Below are positions 57,069-64,000 of a stretch of 64,000 nucleotides of DNA, piece by piece. Origin of the DNA: Desulfatiglandales bacterium. Its GTDB lineage: Bacteria > Desulfobacterota > DSM-4660 > Desulfatiglandales > Desulfatiglandaceae. The DNA lies in NCBI GenBank assembly GCA_963662465.1, contig OY759599.1, forward strand, positions 2,624,001-2,688,000, read 5' to 3'. Every line of letters starts with the position of its first letter. Position 1 is the first letter of the stretch. Both the position numbers and the translations under genes were made by a program. The notes under the pieces are model-generated. The model made no database searches. It saw only the letters and a program-made list of their open reading frames with translations, and was not told where the DNA came from.

Positions 57069-60000
57069 ACTTCCCCCACCTTGCAGGTATCGCGACGGTT
57101 TTCCAGACGCACGGTCAGGGTTTCTCGTTTCTCGGTGGGCGTGGCATAATTGGTGAAAATATCCGCCTCTACGGTGACGGGTCCGGTGAGGCTTGGGGCG
57201 ACGGCGCCGTAGTAGTTGGCTTCGATAATATAGGTCCCTTCCATGGCCCGGCGCAGCAGATATTCTTCCGGGCCGTATCCATCCGTGAAGTCCTTGGAAA
57301 GGAGTCCTCCCAGGGTGGTTCTCCGGTGTTTGAAGGTGGCCTGTTCACCCGAGGGTTCCGTAACCCAAAGGTCAATATCGGTGAGATCGGCATCCCAGGT
57401 CAGCACAATGCGGAGGGCGAGATCCATGGGGAGGATAAGCCGGCTGCCCACTTCAATATGCCGGACGCCGAACTTTCGGGCCATGGGCAGGAGACGGTTA
57501 AGTTCCAGCAGGGCCGTCAGCGCGATTTCCCGAAAGCGATCCCATGGTGTGACAACCACGTGGTAGAGCAGCGCGATGGCCCTCGACAGGTCTTTTCCGC
57601 CTGCCGGGTCACCCTGATTTTCGGACAGTCGGATCAGGGCCCGATCAGACAGAACCAGTGCCAGGTCCCGGTAGGACTGGGGCTCTTCGCCCCGCAGTTT
57701 GAGGGTCTGTTCAAACACCCCGATGCTGTCATCGAGTCGGCCCCACTGACGGAGGCGATGGGCCAGAACACGCAGAAGCGGCCCGTTTTCGAGATCCAGC
57801 TCAGAGATATTATACAGGACCCGCAAGGCACGATCAGGCTCCCCGTGGCGTAGAAAGAAGTCGGCGCAATCCAGGTAGAAGCCGGGGGCCTTTCCGTATG
57901 CCTTCCTCTGTTGAAGGTAAGCGGCATAACGATTTTCAGCCCCGGCATTTTCGAGAGGCGTAAGATAGGGCGTATCCGGATTCCAGGGTTTGATCCGGAT
58001 CGAGGAGGGCGCTTCCCTTTCGAACGATGCCATGTCCTTCAAGGGCGTTTCTGATCCTGCCGGCTCGGGATTTCGCCGAAGGAAAGCGGGGTACTCCAGC
58101 GCCTGGTCGTTGAACTCGAATCGATCAAGCACCGATCTCCGGCCTGGATCGGCGTTTTCCTCTCGGCGCCGTGCCGTGGATCTTCTTGAGAAGGTCGGGA
58201 TGTCCATTTCCACGGACGAGTTCCTGTTGAGTACCCATTCGTCTTGTTTAGTGTCGGCGGCAGGGGGCGTATGGCACTCGGCGATCTTTTCGCGGGGAAA
58301 GGTTTCTTCCCACCACGCCACCCGTTTTTGCCAAAGCGCCAGAACCGCTTCAATGCGCTTTTCCTGAGATCTGCTCTTTTCCCGGGCCTTTTCCGCCGAA
58401 CGGGCATCGTATTGCGTCCTCATTTCAGGCAGGGAGGCCGGGGGCCGGATTTGATGCCGTACGTACTGGTTGAGGTTTTCCAGAACAATAAGGGATGTCT
58501 CCGGGGTTACCAGTCCATGGGTTCGACCCAGATCCCGAATGGCTTCTTTGTGTTTTTCCGGCTGAAGAAGCCATTCATCCAGTTGACGCTGGGCCCAGTA
58601 GGGGCGAAGCACATCCCCTGAAAATCCGTCGTTTTTTTGTATCCGGAAGGATCGGGTCACCATGGTTTTGCCGGCAAGGCCATAACGCAGCGTAATGTCG
58701 GCGCTTTTTCCAATCAGTTTGCCGCACACCGGCATGGGGCCAAGGGCCGGGACCGGAAGACCGGGAACCACATCTTTGACGTCCCCGGGTTCGCACGCCA
58801 CACCCAACAGCGTCATTCCGATGCGGCCGATGCGCGGCAGAACATCTTCCATGCCCATGCGGGTCAGGTTGAAATACGCTCCGCCCGACTGAGCAGACTG
58901 AAAGCGCAGCACATGATGGGCCGCGCTCACGGCATCCGATACCACATACAGGGGCCGGTTGAATCCATTGGCCGGTTGATCGTCTTCCAGCGTATTGAGC
59001 CCATCGGAAAAGAGGAAATAGAGATCCGCATTCCCGTTCTGAGGCGATGCCAAAGATAGACGGGTGGCGCCGTCATAATCGAGAGCCCCGATGGCCGTCA
59101 GCAGGGCCTCCCCATTGCCGTTTCGAATGGTGAAGGATTGCGTCTTATCCAGGGCGTCTCGAAACGGGATGAGGTCCACATCCATGGTCCGGTCCTGAAA
59201 TTGAGCAAACCAGCGTCTGAGCAATTCCATTTCCCGTTGGTGATCGCCTTCCCTCGAAGCGGAGGCATCCCAGTAGATGAGGACCTTTTTGGGTACTATC
59301 ATTTCATCGGACAGGACCCTGGGGGCGTCGTCAAAGAAAGTGAAATAGGTGTTGCCGTCGCTGTTTTGCTCAACAGCCGGAGGTGGGTTTTCCACATGGG
59401 GAAAGGCGATGAGCAGCCCATGATGCAGGGCCTCGTCCTGACGGGAGATCTCCGCCACCAGGCTGTCGGACGTCCCTTCAAAGTGTAGACCTTCCCAGGG
59501 GGCGGATCGAACATCAGGCTTGGTTCCGCTCCCACAAACCTCCACGCGGAGGTGAAATGCGGGGGATACTCTCCTCAAAATGGAGGGGAAGCTGGTAGAG
59601 CCCGGTCTTCTCTTCCGGGAGCAGTTCCGAAATGAACCGGACCCGAGTGGTTCTCTTTCCCTGTGCGGGAATGGGAAAGACCCGGGTTTTAAAAACATTT
59701 CCTTGGGTGTATTCCACCAGACCCGGATCAATGCCCGCACGTACGGTCTTCTCAAAGACGATGCGGCCCTTTTCCTTCTCCACGGGCGCCCCGTCCACCA
59801 TGCGACCCTCCACATCGAGGGCAAAGCCGCTCACGGTTGCCCCCTCCGGAAGCGGAAAATAGAGGTCTCCGGCCAGTACACGGTCATTGGGGTTATAAAA
59901 AACAAGGGTCATGGCGGTGTCTGCCACAAACCCGTGAATCCGAATGTCCACATCCACCCGCGCAAGCCTTACGGGGCTTTCGGTCCCGGTCGTCTCGGCA

Positions 60001-60089
60001 GCGGGGACCATAACAATGGGTGTAAGGGTCTGCGTGACCCCCAGGGCTTGATTCGGCGCCCATATGCTGATGTCGTCTTGTGTTTTCAT
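56999..60089 (-). pseudogene. VIT-domain / vWA-like / TPR / DUF2135 protein split by one frameshift
   Basis: VIT motifs (FYNPN.R.L.G.L.FPLPEGATVSGFALD, DPGL.E) in 59514..60089. WDAS.S, TPR-like helices and DIDLWVTEPSGE...GYGPEEY are in the next frame. Removing one base from the G5 run at 59561-59565 restores ...EESIPAFHLRVEV. Confidence 0.78.
57068..57493. repeat. 426-bp direct repeat, copy 2 (inside the VIT/DUF2135 gene)
   Basis: Matches 55886..56311. Confidence 0.9.
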
Positions 60090-60184
60090 GAAGGAATGCC
60101 TCCCTGGTTTGTATCTCATGTAAAACCAAAAAATTCAATGCATAAGAAATCAAAAAAATACGACCACTGACACCGCTTCATTAC

Positions 60185-61489
60185 CTAGAGAACAACGACT
60201 TCCGGCAGGGGCTTGATGAAATGTTGCCTTAGGCTGTAGGTGTAGGCGCCCTGGGTCGGTACCATGAGGATATCACCGATCTCAATTCCCGACCCCCAGT
60301 AGGTATATCCCCAGACATCGTGGGGGGTACATAAAGACCCCAGAACGTGGCAGGGCTTTTCCGTAAGAGCAGGTCGCGAAAGGTTCAGGACCGGAAAATA
60401 GTCGGTTTCAAACCGCTCCCATCCCACGGCGTTGGTCCCGGCGTCGGTAATGACCAAACCCGATCCCTTCTTGTCCACGACGCGGATGAAAAGGTGCATG
60501 GCGTCGTTGGAAATCCAGCGACCGGGTTCAAGGCAGATCCGGGCCGACACCAGGGGGCGCAGGTGCTTTTGAACAGCTTCGCCGATGGCCTGCGCGAAAA
60601 CTGTGATCGGCACGGCCTCAATGCCGTGATGAAGCTCCGGCGACCCCGGGGATTCGCCAAGGGCCTCTCTCAGCCTTCCTTCCGAGGTACCGGCCGGTTG
60701 AAGCCATTCACCCGCTTCGGGCCAGTACCCCCCACCGATATCCACAAATTCAATGCTTCTTCTCAAGGACGGCTGCAAATGCCGGAGGATTTTCGCAAGC
60801 TGCTCGATGAAGGCCACCTGGTTGCCCGGGTCAAGACTCCAACTCGTATGGAACTGCAACCCGCGCATTCGAAGGTGAGGGCTTTGCGCGGCCTGTACCA
60901 TAAAATCGGCCAACGCCTCGGGCAAAATGCCGAATTTTCGCCACAACCCGGTGGGTTGGGTGGTCAAACGAACCCCGATGGAAACCACCCGGTTGCATGC
61001 CGCGGCCGCTTTTTCGAGTCTTTCGAGTTCTGTGAAACTATCGACCAACACAACAACCGATTCAGAATGGGCCGCTGCCAGGACCAGCTCCCCTTCGGTC
61101 TTTCCCGGACCGCTGAAAACAATGTCCCTCGCTCCCAGGGCCAGGGCCATTTCCAGCTCGATGCCGCTTGACACGTCGAGACCGAACCCGTTTTCGAGAA
61201 GGATTTCGGAAACGCCGGAATAGTTGTTGCTTTTCACCGCATAGTAAAAAGAGACCGGATCCAACACCTGGGAAAAAGCGGCCATAAACTGCCGGGCACG
61301 ATGGGAAAGGGCCTCACAGTCAAGGACATAGACGGGCAGACAAACTGGGTCAAGCCTGTCAAGAAAACGACGACCGCGTTCGAAATATTCTGATGCAAAC
61401 CGGCGCAGTACCGAAACATCGAGCGAAGGCGTTCGGGTTTCCAGCAGGCGCCGGGCCCGTTCCAGGGAGGGTATTATTTCAGACGGCAT
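60185..61489 (-). CDS. Fold-type III PLP-dependent decarboxylase (LysA/ODC family)
   Basis: YYAVKSN, DVSS..E, FSGPGK, KFG, DIGGG, EPGR, GSLCTPHD, GAY. Confidence 0.88.
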   Translation of the reverse strand: MPSEIIPSLERARRLLETRTPSLDVSVLRRFASEYFERGRRFLDRLDPVCLPVYVLDCEALSHRARQFMAAFSQVLDPVSFYYAVKSNNYSGVSEILLENGFGLDVSSGIELEMALALGARDIVFSGPGKTEGELVLAAAHSESVVVLVDSFTELERLEKAAAACNRVVSIGVRLTTQPTGLWRKFGILPEALADFMVQAAQSPHLRMRGLQFHTSWSLDPGNQVAFIEQLAKILRHLQPSLRRSIEFVDIGGGYWPEAGEWLQPAGTSEGRLREALGESPGSPELHHGIEAVPITVFAQAIGEAVQKHLRPLVSARICLEPGRWISNDAMHLFIRVVDKKGSGLVITDAGTNAVGWERFETDYFPVLNLSRPALTEKPCHVLGSLCTPHDVWGYTYWGSGIEIGDILMVPTQGAYTYSLRQHFIKPLPEVVVL

Positions 61490-62760
61490 TATAGTTCTCC
61501 AATTTCCACCAGAAGAAGATCCGTCAATTCACGGCACTGGTCGGCTAGACCCTGCTCCTCATACGGGCGCACGACGGCATGGCCCAGGACCCAGCTGTCA
61601 TAATTTTCAGGCGGAAGCAGGATGTCATCACCCGGAAATCGGATCAACTGAATATCCATCACCCGGGGGTCCCCGGCAAGCCGGGTCGTATCGATCCGGT
61701 TAAGCCTTCCGGATTTCCGGGCGTGAAAACGAAGGCCCAGATAGGGCCCGGATGCCGGCGGTAAAATCGGCGGGTGAGACCGTTTTCGAGCAAAATCGAG
61801 GTTCAGTTTCAGGATGTCGAAATGGCAAACGGTTTTCAAGAGAAAGGGAAGGCAGTCTCCCCCCGGACGAGGCGCAATCTCAAGAAGAAGGATGTCCTCC
61901 CCCCGAACCATAAAATCGAGCATACACACGGCCCGGGTGATCCCCACGGCCCGGGCGCTTTCAAGAAGGGTTTCTTCCAAGCGTTGCCGGTTGATTTGCG
62001 TCGGAAGATGGGCCGGCAGTACATAAGCCCGTGTGGTGCCGAAGGGAGCGGTGGAATCAATGATTTTACCGGTCAACCGAAGGATCTCGATGCGATCCGC
62101 CGCCACAATAAAATCGCAACTGAACTCCCGACCCTCAATCAGTTCCTCGGCAAGGATAAGCGGGGCTTCGCTGGACCCGTTACGGTACATCGGCATCGAT
62201 CGGCGATCGTTCAGGCCGTTCCGGATGTCCCGGAAACGCTCGGCGCAACCTTGTTCGGTGCGGCAGGAGAAAATAAGTTCGCTGCCGCTGCCGGAGGCCG
62301 GCTTGAGTACGCACGGACCGTCGATCGAACGAAAAAATGCGACGGCTTCGCTTTCCGAGGCGACCTGTTTGCAACGAGGGACGGCAAGACCGTGCCGGCG
62401 CCAGAGGATCTTGGATCGGTGTTTGTCCCGGCAGTTGGCAACAGCCTCTGAAGAAGGATATGGAAGACCGTAGCGGTAAGCGAGAACGGCGGCAAGCCCC
62501 ATGGATTCACAGTCGAAACAGGCAATGCCGTCGAGAGAGAGATTCTCCCGGTGCAGATGCCGCAACAGAACCGCTTCGACCCGACCGACGTCTGATAGAT
62601 CGCAAAGGACTTCTTCGCAACCCGGCGGACGACTTTCCCGCGCATGGCGCCAAACCTCCGTATCAGTCAGAAACAGGGCACTTCCAGAACTTTCCCGCTG
62701 AATCCAGGCGATGTAGTCCGGGGTGGCGCCGACCACGAGGGTTTTAGTTAAGCGAGACAT
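61489..62760 (-). CDS. ATP-grasp ligase (L-amino acid ligase-like)
   Basis: CRDK, PCVLKPASGSGS, EELIEGREFS, LEIAPRPGGD. Confidence 0.85.
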   Translation of the reverse strand: MSRLTKTLVVGATPDYIAWIQRESSGSALFLTDTEVWRHARESRPPGCEEVLCDLSDVGRVEAVLLRHLHRENLSLDGIACFDCESMGLAAVLAYRYGLPYPSSEAVANCRDKHRSKILWRRHGLAVPRCKQVASESEAVAFFRSIDGPCVLKPASGSGSELIFSCRTEQGCAERFRDIRNGLNDRRSMPMYRNGSSEAPLILAEELIEGREFSCDFIVAADRIEILRLTGKIIDSTAPFGTTRAYVLPAHLPTQINRQRLEETLLESARAVGITRAVCMLDFMVRGEDILLLEIAPRPGGDCLPFLLKTVCHFDILKLNLDFARKRSHPPILPPASGPYLGLRFHARKSGRLNRIDTTRLAGDPRVMDIQLIRFPGDDILLPPENYDSWVLGHAVVRPYEEQGLADQCRELTDLLLVEIGEL

Positions 62761-63694
62761 GGGAAATTTTTTCTGTTCGAGCGGAAATCCGGATCTTGTA
62801 AAGGGTCCTGGGCGTCAGATGAAACCGATGCTTCCAGCCGAAGTCTCCACAAAGAAAATCGACGGATTTCATTCGGGTTTCACAGGCCCAGCGAATATGG
62901 TGAAAATTGATCAGCTTGGCCACCCCCCGAAATTCCGGATCAACACCGCCGGCCAATACGGTATAGGCCCCGGCCCAGACCGCACCAATATCCACGGCCG
63001 CAACCCGACCGCCGATGGTTACAGTGGTAACCCGCAAAAGGCCTTCGTTGTAAAGCCATGCCACAAGGTTTTCGAAGGATTTCAGGAAGCGGGGGTCATG
63101 GAAGTAGGACCGGTCGCCGAAGCCCGCCAGGTTCATGTGAAACAGGGTGTCGACGTCCGATAAGTCGTTGTATCGGTAGGAAACACCCGCCGATTCGAGG
63201 GGCGCGAGTTCATGACGGAGTTTTTTACGGGTTTTTCCGGAGAAGCGTTGCATGAACCGGTCGAAGGTATAACCACACTCGGCCGGAAAGAAGAGGTATC
63301 CGGTTTCATCCGGTTCCACGCACAACCCTTCGGGGAGCAAGGATTCGCCGGTGAGATAGCGGATATACGCTTCTCCGGGGACATTGTCAATCAGTTGGTC
63401 GACAACGCCTTTCCTTCGAGCGATGATCCGGTTTTGTTCGAGCCAGGTCTTGCCCTGCCAGGTTTCCCCGGGGAAATGGCCGAATGACCCCTGTTTTTCG
63501 ATCCAACTCAGGGCCAGGAGCCCCTGGATACGGCCTTCGACATCTTCCGCCGTGATAAAACAGGGGCGGCGGCCGAAAGGGTCCGCAAAGCATTCCCGGA
63601 CCGGCCACAGGTCGAATAGACAATCCCGGGGCATTAATGCCTGCCACAGCCGGGCGCATTTTTCAGGATCTTCGTGCCGCTGGATTCGGTACAA
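62744..63694 (-). CDS. GNAT-fold protein (Acetyltransf_6/FemAB-like)
   Basis: FSGKTRKKLR, Y..LAGG.DPEF.G..KL, VDFLCGDFGWK..F. Confidence 0.75.
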   Translation of the reverse strand: MYRIQRHEDPEKCARLWQALMPRDCLFDLWPVRECFADPFGRRPCFITAEDVEGRIQGLLALSWIEKQGSFGHFPGETWQGKTWLEQNRIIARRKGVVDQLIDNVPGEAYIRYLTGESLLPEGLCVEPDETGYLFFPAECGYTFDRFMQRFSGKTRKKLRHELAPLESAGVSYRYNDLSDVDTLFHMNLAGFGDRSYFHDPRFLKSFENLVAWLYNEGLLRVTTVTIGGRVAAVDIGAVWAGAYTVLAGGVDPEFRGVAKLINFHHIRWACETRMKSVDFLCGDFGWKHRFHLTPRTLYKIRISARTEKISHVSLN

Positions 63695-63696
63695 TG

Positions 63697-63999
63697 TTAT
63701 TGCCTCAACGTGACATTCAGAGCACTGGTTGAACCGCCGAAGAAATCCTCCGCAAACCCCCGAACCGTCTCGGGATCATAGGGTTTGCAGCTGAAAACAT
63801 CCAGATAGACCGCATTGGTCTGGTTGGCGAAGTGAGCGCTGATCAGGGAGGTCTCGATCAATTGAACCATCGAATACCCCGCTACCCGCTCATCCTCGCC
63901 GAAGTGAACCACCTGGGTCTCACCAAATCGCTTCATCTCGATGAGATCGCACAGTTCCACGACGAAGCGGCGAATCTTTTCCGCATCGCGGATTGCATC
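63697..63999 (-). CDS. Pyruvoyl-dependent S-adenosylmethionine decarboxylase-like proenzyme (5' end outside the window)
   Basis: IRDAEKIRRFVVELCDLIEMKRFG...GYSMVQLIETSLISAHF...YLDVFSCK.Y; the frame is open to the window edge. Confidence 0.82.
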   Translation of the reverse strand, partial: DAIRDAEKIRRFVVELCDLIEMKRFGETQVVHFGEDERVAGYSMVQLIETSLISAHFANQTNAVYLDVFSCKPYDPETVRGFAEDFFGGSTSALNVTLRQ

Positions 64000-64000
64000 G

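Noticed and set aside
55886..57493. 426-bp repeat pair as a second DGR TR/VR
   Set aside because: Only 4 mismatches, which are transitions in both directions and not adenine-specific; no AAY-rich template.

Overview
Chromosomal-looking window from an anaerobic bacterium, most likely Desulfobacterota (inferred from HdrA/HdrD, ETF with membrane Fe-S oxidoreductase, AOR, Mo-hydroxylases and class I fumarase). The left end holds a diversity-generating retroelement (DGR) on the minus strand. It has a secreted FGE-sulfatase/CLec target gene with a C-terminal variable repeat, a long hairpin, an intact HRDC accessory gene and an intact template repeat (21 of 25 TR/VR mismatches at TR adenines). Its reverse transcriptase is a multiply deleted pseudogene not called in the ORF track. 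The middle holds minCDE, two xanthine-dehydrogenase-family loci, fumarase and a decayed accessory/defence patch (REP/REPIN elements, HigA remnant, Rpn nuclease, HEPN-like SNF2 helicase). An ~18.6 kb minus-strand catabolic cluster (35.2-53.9 kb) encodes two phenylphosphate-synthase-A-like proteins and a response-regulator receiver fused to the PEP-synthase ATP-binding module, plus AOR, Hdr, SDR, a phytoene-dehydrogenase-like enzyme and ETF. The right end has two toxin-antitoxin pairs (one looks like an integron cassette between 426-bp direct repeats), a frameshifted VIT-domain gene and a candidate AdoMetDC/GNAT/ATP-grasp/PLP-decarboxylase biosynthetic operon. I saw no rRNA, tRNA or CRISPR array. 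All family calls come from motif recognition by eye, not database searches.
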